From an uncultured Chloroflexia bacterium (GTDB lineage Bacteria; Chloroflexota; Limnocylindria; Limnocylindrales; CSP1-4), in NCBI GenBank assembly GCA_963736025.1, contig CAVTNH010000010.1, forward strand, positions 184,506 through 248,505: a stretch of DNA of 64,000 bases, given 5' to 3'. The notes below the pieces were generated by a model. That model saw only the letters and a program-made list of their open reading frames with translations, was not told where the DNA came from and did no database searches. The first letter of the stretch is position 1; each line of letters opens with the position of its first letter. The position numbers and the translations under genes are program-made. This document shows, piece by piece, positions 19,461 through 28,464 of this stretch.

Positions 19461-20863
19461 ATGGTCGCCAGCCACCGCCATGTCGGAGGAACCGTGTCCA
19501 AGGGCGATTGCACGGTCGTCGTGCTGGTGCCGCACCCGAGCCGACCGGCGGTGTTGACGTCGGCCGGCGCCCTCGTGGCCGCCCGACGCCGTCGTCGGGC
19601 TGCCGCACGTCATCCTCGAGCGCGAGTTCACGACACGCGCGTGCCTGACCGCGATCGAGGCGCTCCTCGGCGCCACACCGCGAGCGCTCCGCATCGACTC
19701 CCGACGCCGCGACGCCGACGGCGATCCCACCGTGGTCATCGTCGACCTCGAGGCGATCGGCCCGGACGCCCCGAGTCCGTACCAGTGGACCGACTGGGCC
19801 GAGCTGCCGCTCGACGCGCTCGAACCCGCCGGAGCTGCGCGATGCGGTCCCGCGCTGGGTCGGTCGCCGCCGGCTCGGGCCGACCGTCGGGGATCCGCCC
19901 TGGTCGACGCCCGGCTGGTTCGATCGAGCATCGAGCTGGATGGTCGACCGGATGGCGGAGCTGCACGCCTCCGCGTTCGAGCCGCCCCGGATCGTCTACC
20001 TGTGGGGGATCTCGATCGTGTTGCGTGCGCCGTCCGCGCTCGGCCCGATGTACCTCAAGTGCAGCGCGCCGGTCTTCCACCAGGAGGCCGCGGTCACAGC
20101 GGCGCTGGCCGAGGCGACCCCGGACGTCGTCACCCGGGTCGCGGCGGTCGAGCCCGACGAGAACTGGCTGCTGATGTTCGACCACGGGGAGGCGACCCTC
20201 GGCGACGGCCCGCCCGAGGCGTGGGCGTCCGGGCTCGAAGTCCTGGCCGGGATCCAGCAGGCGTGGATCGGCCGGGAGCAGGCGTTGATCGACGCCGGGG
20301 CGCCCGTTCGGTCGGTCGCGGCGTTGGCCGAGGCGCTGCCGACGATGGCAGATCAGGAGCCGCTGGACGTCGAGCTGACCGGCGACGACCGAGCGGCCTG
20401 GGCCAATTCGATCGGCGCCTTCACCGATGCCTGCGCGCGTCTCGACGCCCTCGGGCCCGCGCCGACCCTCATCCACGGAGACTTCCACCCGTGGAACGTG
20501 GCCGCGACACCGGGCACGCCCCGCATCTTCGACTGGACCGATGCCGCCATCAGCCACCCGTTCCTGGACCTCGCGGTGTACGCGACCCGTCCCGCGGACC
20601 TGGCCCTTCGGCACGCCTTGCGCGACGCGTACCTGGCGCGCTGGGCCGGGCACCTGTCGCCCGCGGACCTCGCCGAGGCGGGCGAGCTCGCGATCGTCGT
20701 CGGGACGCTGTTCCAGGTGCAGTCGTACATCCGGATCCTCTCGAGCCTCGATCCGGACGACCGAGGCGACCTCACGGGCGCCGCCGGGTCCTGGGCCAAT
20801 GCGGCGGTCGCGACCCTGACCGACGGCATCGACCTGCGGCGGGTGGGCCACGCCGACGGCTGA
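19461..20863 (+). CDS. second APH-family phosphotransferase with the same N-terminal extension; two apparent 1-nt insertions near 19583 and 19830
   Basis: CTVVVLVPHPSRPAVLTSAGALVAA, then DAVVGLPHVILEREFTT...DALEPA, then ELRDAVPRWV...WFDRASSWMVDRMAEL. Catalytic motifs LIHGDFHPWNV and IFDWTDAAISHPFLD. Length 1403 nt = 467 codons + 2. Confidence 0.8.
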
Positions 20864-20905
20864 CGAACCGCGTCGCCGGCGGCCCGGATCGATCCCTAGT
20901 ACCTA

Positions 20906-22217
20906 TTGGCGGGTACCCGGCCGCTCGCCGAGGGTGCTAGATTGCCGGTCGTGGAGTTCGTGGCCCAGAACTTCCCCATCATCGTCATCGGCATCCTGCT
21001 GTTGCTGCTGGCTGCGCGCGTCCTCGGCGACTACATCCCCGGACGTCGTGAGAGGCGCCGTGGCCGCCAGAGCGTGCATCGCCGGACCATCCGCGTCGTC
21101 GGCGTGGGCGGTGGCGGGGGCAACGCCGTCAACGAGATGATCCGTGCGGGCACGCGCGGGGTCGACTTCATCGTCTGCAACACCGATGCGCAGGCGCTCA
21201 CACGGTCGTTCGCCCTCACGCGGCTCCAGATCGGCCCGGGCGTCACGAACGGACTCGGGGCCGGCGGCGACCCCGACGTGGGTGAGCGAGCGGCCAAGGA
21301 GGACGCCGAGACGATCGCCGCGGCGCTCAGCGGCTCCGACATCGTGTTCATCACCGCGGGTCTCGGCGGCGGCACCGGCTCGGGCGCCGCGCCCGTCATC
21401 GCCGCCATCGCGAAGGCGCAGGGCGCGCTCACGATCGCGGTCGTGACCAAGCCGTTCAGCTTCGAGGGCAGCCGCCGCGCGCAGGTCGCCGATGCGGCGA
21501 TGATCGAGCTGGGCCAGTCGGTCGACACGCTCATCGCGATCCCGAACGACCGGGTTCGCGACGTCGTTCCCGAGGCGGAGTCGCTGGTCGACGCGTTCAA
21601 GGTCGTCGACGGCGTCCTGCGCCAGGGCGTCCAGGGCATCCTCGAGATCATCACGATCCCCGGGCTGATCAACCTCGATTTCGCGGACCTGCGCGCGGTC
21701 ATGAAGGACGCGGGCCCGGCGCTCATGGGCGTGGGCTCGGCCAAGGGCGTGAACCGCGCCGTGGACGCGGCGCGACAGGCCATCGCCAACGCGCTGGTCG
21801 AGGAGACCATCGATGGCGCCCGCGGGATCCTGTTCGTGGTGTGCGGGTCGAAGAACCTGCGCCTCGACGAGGTGACGCGAGCCGCCGAGACGATCCGCGC
21901 GTCGGCCGACCCGGACGCCAACGTGATCTTCGGGGCGACGCTCGACCCCAAGCTCAAGGACACGGTGCGGATCACGGTCGTGGCGACGGGCTTCGACCCG
22001 GCGCGGGCGCCCCGTCCGCGGACGCCGGTCCGGATGGCGACGCCGCTCGAGGATGCCGACGACGATCGGCCGCCGGGTCCGGACGAGTCCCCGTCCGAGG
22101 TCACGATGCCCGAGGAGGCGGCCCGCACCCGCCGCCAGCCGCGACCCGGTCGTGGCTGACGACGTCGCCATCACGCCCGAGGACCTGGACGTCCCGAGCT
22201 TCCTCCGCCGCAACTAG
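20906..22217 (+). CDS. ftsZ: cell division protein FtsZ with an apparent N-terminal TM extension; apparent 1-nt insertion near 22140; start uncertain (TTG 20906/20942, GTG 20951 or GTG approx 21073)
   Basis: IRVVGVGGGGGNAVNEM, tubulin signature GLGGGTGSGAAPVIA, NLDFADLRAVM. After the shift the conserved C-terminal peptide reads DDVAITPEDLDVPSFLRRN-stop. Upstream in-frame segment FPIIVIGILLLLLAARVLGDYI has strong GC3. Confidence 0.9.
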
Positions 22218-22320
22218 GGCGAGGATCCGCCCGGGAATCGAACGACCCGGGTCGACTGACAACCCGGGTCGGGGATCACGCTTGGGAGGCGGGCGTCAGG
22301 CCCGCAGCGAGAGGATAGGG

Positions 22321-22701
22321 TCAGCCGCCACGCTGACTGCGGAAGCAGTCGCTGCAGTAGACGGGCTTGCCGCTGGTCGGGCGGAAGGGGACCTGGGCTT
22401 CCTTGCCGCAGGACGAGCACGTGGCCGAGAACATCTCTCGGGGACCGCGGTCGTAACCGCCGCCGCCACTGTAGCCGCCACCGCCGCCGCCACCGCTGGA
22501 ATAGCCGGCGCCGGAGCTGTATCCGCCACCGTATGAGCTGCCGCCGCCTTCACTGTTGCGGGCAGCCTTGCGGCTGGCGCGACAGGAGGGGCAGCGTCGC
22601 GGCTCGGTGAAGCCACGCTGCGAATAAAAGTCCTGCTCGGACCCGGTGAACACGAATTCCTGTCCACAGTCCGCGCAAGTCAGGTTCTTGTCATTGAACA
22701 C
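22321..22701 (-). CDS. CxxC-x17-CxxC zinc-ribbon protein with a Gly/Ser/Tyr-rich linker
   Basis: GTG 22701 preceded by GAGAGGAG. CADCGQEFVFTGSEQDFYSQRGFTEPRRCPSCR and CSSCGKEAQVPFRPTSGKPVYCSDCF flank GGGSSYGGGYSSGAGYSSGGGGGGGYSGGGGY. GC3 is lower than in neighbouring genes. Confidence 0.85.
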   Translation of the reverse strand: MFNDKNLTCADCGQEFVFTGSEQDFYSQRGFTEPRRCPSCRASRKAARNSEGGGSSYGGGYSSGAGYSSGGGGGGGYSGGGGYDRGPREMFSATCSSCGKEAQVPFRPTSGKPVYCSDCFRSQRGG

Positions 22702-22711
22702 GAAATCTAAA

Positions 22712-22772
22712 ACTCCTCTCGATGCCCGACGCGATCCCTTCATCGGGTTCTCGCGTCAGTCGTGAGAGGAGT
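22712..22772 (-). promoter_or_regulatory. structured 5' leader that can sequester the SD of the zinc-ribbon gene
   Basis: On the mRNA, ACUCCUCUC (from 22772-22764) is perfectly complementary to the SD GAGAGGAGU (22720-22712). Nested 7-bp stem GACGCGA/UCGCGUC (22757-22751 with 22734-22728). Confidence 0.45.
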
Positions 22773-22827
22773 CCGAGTGCGTCGTGCTCGTATGCGGCCA
22801 CGAACGCTTTCGTGGCACTACCCCCCG

Positions 22828-22857
22828 ACTATACGCCCTATCCACGGAATCCCACAA
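22828..22857 (-). promoter_or_regulatory. sigma-70-like promoter of the zinc-ribbon gene
   Basis: Minus strand reads TTGTGG-18 nt-TATAGT, followed by the 5' stem-loop GCCACGAA-AGCG-TTCGTGGC (22816-22797). Confidence 0.45.
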
Positions 22858-22865
22858 CAGGTCGT

Positions 22866-22890
22866 TTGAAAATCGCCGTTGCGGCGGGGA
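22866..22890 (-). terminator. stem-loop with T-tract after the S41 peptidase gene
   Basis: Minus strand reads CGCCG-CAA-CGGCG-ATTTTCAAA, starting about 15 nt after the TAG at 22904-22906. Confidence 0.45.
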
Positions 22891-22903
22891 ACCCCCGAAT
22901 CCC

Positions 22904-24907
22904 CTATGCCGAGGGGATCGGCAGTCGTCGAGCGGCGACGAGCGAGCGGTTCGCGAAGCCCTCGAGCCGCAGGACCCGGTCCGGTCCGATCAGGACGAGG
23001 GGCACTCGGAAGGCACATCGGTCGCCCTCGACGTCGACCGATCCGACCGGCCGATCGTCGACGTAGGCGTCGACGCGCTCCAGGTTCGCCGTCTGCACCT
23101 TGACCGTGACCGTGTCCGCGCCGACCGTGACCTCTGCGTCGAGGCCTCTCGGCGGGATCCCCGCCATCTCGGCGACCGCAGCATCGATGAGATCCCGATT
23201 GTCGTGGAGCAGGTCGTCGTACGTGATCGCATGGGTCGCGTCGGCCTCGACGCCGAGATCCTCGAGCAACTCGCCCGCGTGCAGGCCGACCCTGGTCGTC
23301 CGACGCACCGCGACCCGGAAGGTCGCCCCGCCGGGCAGCGACTTGAGCGGCGAGGAGCGCACGGGGAGCAACTGGCGAAGGAGCTCGTGGGTCCACACGT
23401 TGGCGCCGCCGGCACCGGTCCGCTCGGCGACCCCCACGATCCGCCCGACCTTGTTGTCCTGGAAGCCCGCGGAGAAGATGTCCGTCGCGCTGTAGCAGCG
23501 GGCGTCCGTGATGAGCACGACCGGGCCGTAGTAGGCCTGGCCCCGGTCGTTGGCGTCGTCCGCGGACGCGATCGGAAAGCCGGTCGAGAACGTGGTGCCC
23601 GACTCGACCGCATCGATCACCGACTCCGTCCACGACTGCAGGTTGATCGGATCGGCCTGGTTCGCGATACAGAGGCGACGGATCAGCGGACTGACGATGA
23701 ACTGGGCGGGCTCTGGCTCGATGCGTCGTGGGGTCAGGACCTGGAGCAGCCGCTCGGCGGCTCGGATGTCGCCGCCGCCGTTCCCGCGAACGTCCACGAT
23801 CAGACCGACGGTCGGGCGAGCCGTCGCCAGGCGCACGAACTCCTCGACGAATGCGCCCGGATCGGGGACGAGGAAGGTGAAGATCCGGATGTGGACGACG
23901 TCTCCGATGCTCGTGTGCCGGATCCGTGCACGCAGGATCCCAGGCGGCAGGACGGTCACGAGCTCGCTCGAACCGGCGGCTGGCGGTGCCTGCCAGCCAC
24001 GCGCGAAGAGATCGCGCCTGACCAGGTTGACGGTCGTCGTCTGCGCATCGAGGCCGAGCGCGCCGAGCCGACCGCGGTTCCCCTGCGTCACGGACACCGC
24101 GGCGCCGACGGCCGCCTCGCCGAGGGCCTCCTGCGTGTCCGCGAACGGTGACTCCTCGGCCGGTTGGTAGGTGCTCCACCGGACCCGGATGTCGTGTTCG
24201 GCGCCGTCGTCGGTCCGATAGGTGACGTCGACCCAGTCCTCGTCCGGGGGCCGCGTCCGCCCGAGTGTCCGGATCGTCAGGGCGTCGAGTCCGCGGGCCA
24301 TCCGCGCGGCGACGTTGCCGCCGCCCTGGTGTTCGGCGTTCCGCTCGATCGCGCGCTCGATCGGCGTGCCGTTCCAATGGGTCACCTCGACGCCCTCGTC
24401 GAACGAGCGATCGAGCTCGGCCCCGTTGGCGACCTTCGAGACGAGGTACTGGACGCGACCGTCGCGGGTGCACGCCTCGACGAGGAACGGCAGGTAGACC
24501 GTATGCGAGCGGTACGGCTCCGGCGGGACGTAGTGCGTATGCAGGTCGCGCAGCGAGGTGAAGATCTCGATGAGCTCCTCGTGGAACGCACTCTCCGGGG
24601 TCATCGTGTCGGTGTCCTCGATGTCCTGCAGGCGGTGCTGCACGAGACGCAGCCGCTGGAGCGGGTCGACCGCGTACCGTGCCCGCTTCATCGGGAGGTG
24701 CACATAGATCTGGTCGACGAGGACCATCGCCTGCTCGACGATCAGGCGCCGCTCATTGAGCGTGAGGTCGCCCTTCCAGGCGAGCAGGTCGGCCAGCGGC
24801 AGCGGGGCGATCGAGACGTCGTCGTCGGTGGGGCCGGCGCCGATCGTCGGAGTGCGTGGTACCTCGCCGTAGCGGCCGGGCAGCTTGGTCCGGACGGCCT
24901 CGGGCAC
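22904..24907 (-). CDS. S41-family serine peptidase (tail-specific/C-terminal-processing type), 667 aa
   Basis: Intact ORF. VGLIVDVRGNGGGDIRAAERLLQ and VVLITDARCYSATDIFSAGFQDNKVGRIVG are S41 core motifs. The only start in the ORF is GTG 24907, which directly abuts the upstream gene. Confidence 0.9.
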   Translation of the reverse strand: MPEAVRTKLPGRYGEVPRTPTIGAGPTDDDVSIAPLPLADLLAWKGDLTLNERRLIVEQAMVLVDQIYVHLPMKRARYAVDPLQRLRLVQHRLQDIEDTDTMTPESAFHEELIEIFTSLRDLHTHYVPPEPYRSHTVYLPFLVEACTRDGRVQYLVSKVANGAELDRSFDEGVEVTHWNGTPIERAIERNAEHQGGGNVAARMARGLDALTIRTLGRTRPPDEDWVDVTYRTDDGAEHDIRVRWSTYQPAEESPFADTQEALGEAAVGAAVSVTQGNRGRLGALGLDAQTTTVNLVRRDLFARGWQAPPAAGSSELVTVLPPGILRARIRHTSIGDVVHIRIFTFLVPDPGAFVEEFVRLATARPTVGLIVDVRGNGGGDIRAAERLLQVLTPRRIEPEPAQFIVSPLIRRLCIANQADPINLQSWTESVIDAVESGTTFSTGFPIASADDANDRGQAYYGPVVLITDARCYSATDIFSAGFQDNKVGRIVGVAERTGAGGANVWTHELLRQLLPVRSSPLKSLPGGATFRVAVRRTTRVGLHAGELLEDLGVEADATHAITYDDLLHDNRDLIDAAVAEMAGIPPRGLDAEVTVGADTVTVKVQTANLERVDAYVDDRPVGSVDVEGDRCAFRVPLVLIGPDRVLRLEGFANRSLVAARRLPIPSA

Positions 24908-26498
24908 GTTGGCTGAGGTTCGCGAGCATGTCGAAGAACGTGTCGTCGCCCTCGGTCGCCAGCGGATCCAGTTTCAAAGGAACCGCGATCGAGGCGAAGC
25001 TCTCCGCGCCGATCACGACGTCGAGCAGGGCGGGGGCCATCCCCTGGTAGATCGTCGGGTCGAGTCCGGCGATGGGAGGCTGGTCCAGATCGAGGAACCA
25101 TCGCGCATCCGAATCGGCGCCGGCCACCGCCTGGTTCGCGGTCACGCCAAGCTCCGTCGTGCCGAACGCCCCACCGAAGGCCGAACCGATCGCGGCGGCC
25201 CGCGCCGGCATGTGTTCGAGCGCGTCGGCGAGGGTCGCGGTCGCGTCGGCCAGCCCGAGCGGACCCAGCACCGGGTCCGGATCCTTCGTGTCCAGGTGGA
25301 ACGCCCGCAGGTTGCCGGCGACCTCGACCTGTTCGTCGACGGGGCTCACCTTGGCCAGGAGCGCCGGGGTCCCGTAGCGGGCGACGCCGCCGATGACGAC
25401 CAGCCGGATGTCGGTCTCGGTGGCGTCGACGAGGTGGCGGTAGGGCTCGCCGGTCTTGCCCGCGACGACGATGATGTCCGCGAGCTTGGTGGGCTCGATC
25501 GACCCCAGGGAAGCCTGCCAGCCGAGCATCCGCGCCGGGTTGAGGGTGACCATCTCCGCGAGCTGGAGATCGGTGAGTCCGAGCTGCTGGTCGTCGCTCA
25601 GGATCCGGGCGACCTTGAGCTCGTTCAGCAGGTTCTTGCTCGCTGTCGGCGCCCAGTCGGAGCCCAGGGCGACATTGACTCCGAGCTGGACGGCCGTCTT
25701 CACGTCCGTCGTCCCGCCGTAGAGGATGAGGTTGCTGAACGGCGACCACACGATCGACCCGCCGTTCTGCTGCATGACGCCCATGTCCTCGGGCTTGAGC
25801 GCCGTCGAGTGGATGCCGACGAACTTCGGTCCGATCGCCCACGTGTCGTTCGGGAACTTCAGGTCGAGGAAGTGGTCGTGCGCCTTCGAGGTCGACAGCC
25901 CCTCCGCCAGGTGGACGATCCGCGCGCCCTTCCCGCTCAGCGACTTGCGGAACGACTCGCGCCCATCGGGGGTCACGTCGCCGATCTTGGGTCGCGCCGG
26001 ATCGAGCCCCGCGGCGTCCGGCTGCTCGGCGTTGCGGATGATGCCCTTGTACAGGTGCTTGATCGGGGCGGCGCGCAGCGTCAGCCCTTGCGAGGTCGTC
26101 GTCCCCGAGATGAGGCTCTTGCATTCGACGTATCTGATCGTCGCCTTGATGAGCTCGGGCACCGACGCGATCACGCCGGCCGGACCGCTGACGTAGCGGC
26201 GGTATCCGCGCGTCCCCTGCCACTCCTCGCGCTTGGTGTAGAGCCGCGGGATCCGGAAGAGCGGGATGGCGTTGTAGGCGAGGTGGTTGTGGAGCTCGAT
26301 CATGCCGGGGTAGATCGTGCCGGCGGTCGCGATGACCGGGGACGCGGCGTGGCCCGGGGGCGTCTGGCCCACCGGGGTCACGTCGGTGATCGAACCGTCG
26401 GCGACCCAGACGACGCCGTCGGCGATGACATCGCGCGCCGCGTTCATCGTCACGACGCGTCCGCGCAGTCCGTAGCGGGGGAGCGGGTCGACGGGCAT
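24753..26498 (-). CDS. large metal-dependent amidohydrolase (chlorohydrolase/deaminase-like); true 3' end probably near 24910
   Basis: PGMIELHNHLAYN (HxH), VHLAEG, ALGSDWAPTASKNLLNELK. Convincing sequence stops at DDTFFDMLANLSQ. The remaining roughly 50 codons (RARGRPDQAARPLRRG...) overlap the S41 gene and look non-coding. Confidence 0.85.
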   Translation of the reverse strand: MPVDPLPRYGLRGRVVTMNAARDVIADGVVWVADGSITDVTPVGQTPPGHAASPVIATAGTIYPGMIELHNHLAYNAIPLFRIPRLYTKREEWQGTRGYRRYVSGPAGVIASVPELIKATIRYVECKSLISGTTTSQGLTLRAAPIKHLYKGIIRNAEQPDAAGLDPARPKIGDVTPDGRESFRKSLSGKGARIVHLAEGLSTSKAHDHFLDLKFPNDTWAIGPKFVGIHSTALKPEDMGVMQQNGGSIVWSPFSNLILYGGTTDVKTAVQLGVNVALGSDWAPTASKNLLNELKVARILSDDQQLGLTDLQLAEMVTLNPARMLGWQASLGSIEPTKLADIIVVAGKTGEPYRHLVDATETDIRLVVIGGVARYGTPALLAKVSPVDEQVEVAGNLRAFHLDTKDPDPVLGPLGLADATATLADALEHMPARAAAIGSAFGGAFGTTELGVTANQAVAGADSDARWFLDLDQPPIAGLDPTIYQGMAPALLDVVIGAESFASIAVPLKLDPLATEGDDTFFDMLANLSQRARGRPDQAARPLRRGTTHSDDRRRPHRRRRLDRPAAAGRPARLEGRPHAQ

Positions 26499-26500
26499 GG

Positions 26501-28291
26501 TCAGGTGAGCTGGTCGGCCGCCGCCTGCTCAGCCGGCGAGAGGGGGGCCGCGCCGAGGCCTGCGACCCATGACGGCAGGAACAACTTGAGGTAGTCCGGC
26601 GACGGCTTGCCGAGCGTGGTGTCCTTCGGGCGCACGGCTCGGTCGCCCGAGGTGCCCACCCAGCGCGGCGTGCCATACGGCAGGTCCGCGCGCGGCAACT
26701 GGCTCCGGACGGTCGGAGCGACGAAGGTCGGGTTCGTCAGGTCCTTCGTATAGGCGCGTCCGGCGAGTTGCGTGAGGGCCGCTTGCCAGGACGCCTGGAA
26801 GCCCGGTTCGTCGTGCCCGGCGAGTTCGATGATGTCGAGGCCCGCCGGTGCCACGTTGGGTGCGAGCCGACGAGCCCCTGGGCCCATGGCGAGGAGCGCG
26901 GTGATGCCCGCGTTGCTCGAGCGGACGCGGCTCAACAGCTCGCGATGCAGGGCCTGGACCTTGGGATGGTCGACCAGGGTCAGCCGCTTGGCCGGGGTCA
27001 GATCCAGGGTATCGACCGGGAGCGAGCGGATGATGAGGTAGCGCTTGGTCAGACCGGCTGCGCGCAGGACGCCCTGGAAGCGCTGGCCCGCCTCGCCCGC
27101 GAGCGCCCGCGCCGCGAACGTGTCGTCGTCGGATCGCTGGTCTGCGAGGACGACGAGACTGAGCTGGGTGAACCGGCCGCGGTAGATCGGCCCGGTCCCG
27201 AATGAGGGGTGCGACGTGACGCCGAGGCCCGCGAAGTCGGGCCAGTCGAAGCCGGGCTCGCCTCCGAGCAGGAGCCGCGCCAGGCTGGCGGGCGGGCCCG
27301 CATCGAACGCTCGCGGATCCGCGCGTGGCGGCTCGTACGGCAGGTCGCCGGGATCGTCGTCGTAGCCCGCGTTGCTGCCGCCGGCGGTCGATGGATCGCT
27401 GAGATGCGCGCCCTTGGCGTTGTACTTGCCGGCGGCCGAGAACAGGCGGATGCCGCGCTGGTTGTCGCTGCGGTTGCTCGAGGTCCCGCCCCGGCCCAGC
27501 CGCGGGCACGTACCGAACGGAAAGTCGCGATACGGGATGGCCGCCGATGAATACGGGTAGGCCGCGCTCAGATTCCGCGTCATGCCAGGGTCGACGGGGA
27601 GCCAGGTCGGCTGGGCCTGGAGCCGGTCCTTGATGCGGCCGATGGCGCGCGAGAAGTCGGCCTTGATGTTCGCGGTCGATCCGCCCGCTGCGCCGCCCGG
27701 ATGGAGGACCCCGACGACCAGCACGCGGTTCGGGATCGAGCCGAGTGTCGCGTTGTGGAGCGCCTCCGGATCGGCGGTGCCCCCGTGCGCTTCGATCCAG
27801 GTCGCCACGGACTCCTTGGCGGCCCGACCGACCGCGACCACGAGGCGGACATCGCCATCGACGACGGCCTTGTCGAGGATCCGATTCCGATGCTTGACGA
27901 CCGGTGACCGGGGATCCTGCGCGAGCTTGCGCAGGTCCTGGGTGTACTGGCCGAAGATCGGATACACGAAGGAATTCAGGAACAGGTACGAGCGGTCGAG
28001 TCCGATGAACCGCAGGAAATGCTGCATGCGCGCGCCCGTCCCGCCGGTGAACGACCGGTGCGAGAGCGACTCGTCCTGAGCGCCTTCCTGGCCGACGATC
28101 ACGACCTTCGCGGAGCCATCGAGGCGGCCCCGGAAGAACATCGGGCCGTGGTGCCATCGAAACGCCTCGCGTCCGACCACCGCCAGGCCCAGCCCGCGGT
28201 AGTTGGGTGTCTCGGCGAAGAGCTCCGCCCAGCCGCTCGCGGCGGTCGGACCGGGGTCGTGCTCCCATGGGTTGCCCCGGACGTCAACCAT
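26501..28291 (-). CDS. 596-aa hypothetical protein with two tandem, degenerate uracil-DNA-glycosylase-fold-like modules
   Basis: AAGGAGG SD. Module 1: KVVIVGQEGAQDE, SFTGGTGARMQHFLRFIGL, NSFVYP, VLHPGG. Module 2: SLVVLADQRSDDD, LAGEAGQRFQGVLRAAGL. The stop is 2 nt from the next ATG. Fold assignment is by eye only. Confidence 0.8.
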   Translation of the reverse strand: MVDVRGNPWEHDPGPTAASGWAELFAETPNYRGLGLAVVGREAFRWHHGPMFFRGRLDGSAKVVIVGQEGAQDESLSHRSFTGGTGARMQHFLRFIGLDRSYLFLNSFVYPIFGQYTQDLRKLAQDPRSPVVKHRNRILDKAVVDGDVRLVVAVGRAAKESVATWIEAHGGTADPEALHNATLGSIPNRVLVVGVLHPGGAAGGSTANIKADFSRAIGRIKDRLQAQPTWLPVDPGMTRNLSAAYPYSSAAIPYRDFPFGTCPRLGRGGTSSNRSDNQRGIRLFSAAGKYNAKGAHLSDPSTAGGSNAGYDDDPGDLPYEPPRADPRAFDAGPPASLARLLLGGEPGFDWPDFAGLGVTSHPSFGTGPIYRGRFTQLSLVVLADQRSDDDTFAARALAGEAGQRFQGVLRAAGLTKRYLIIRSLPVDTLDLTPAKRLTLVDHPKVQALHRELLSRVRSSNAGITALLAMGPGARRLAPNVAPAGLDIIELAGHDEPGFQASWQAALTQLAGRAYTKDLTNPTFVAPTVRSQLPRADLPYGTPRWVGTSGDRAVRPKDTTLGKPSPDYLKLFLPSWVAGLGAAPLSPAEQAAADQLT

Positions 28292-28464
28292 GCTGCCTCC
28301 CCTCCTTCGGCCTCGGCCGAAGCGCTATCGACCCGATGGTACGCGGACCGGCAACCGTTTCATCACGACCGATGTTGGCCCGGCGGCGTCTCGCGAACGT
28401 CTCGACCTGGACGCCCCGGAGACGAACGGCGGCCGCCCGACTGGCGTCGGACGGCCGCGGTGCC

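Noticed and set aside
22225-22275. tRNA-like T-arm sequence (minus strand GGGTCGTTCGATTCCCGG) between ftsZ and the zinc-ribbon gene
   Set aside because: The CCCGGG stems enclose a 10-nt rather than a 7-nt loop. No acceptor, D or anticodon arms can be folded around it. More likely it is part of the convergent-gene terminator hairpins.
22440-22560. GGC/GGT/TAC/AGC-rich repetitive DNA
   Set aside because: It encodes the Gly/Ser/Tyr linker of the zinc-ribbon protein. There is no spacer-repeat periodicity.
22818-24473. 551-aa alternative-frame ORF inside the S41 peptidase gene, and 455-aa antisense ORF
   Set aside because: Arg-rich junk. The S41 frame has clear family motifs.
24742-26676. 644-aa and 569-aa alternative-frame or antisense ORFs across the amidohydrolase gene
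   Set aside because: Arg/Pro/Gly-rich translations. The in-frame 581-aa ORF carries the HxH and other amidohydrolase motifs.
26529-28268. 579-aa alternative-frame ORF within the UDG-like gene
   Set aside because: Arg/Pro/Gly-rich with no start context. The 596-aa frame has an SD, strong GC3 and a realistic composition.
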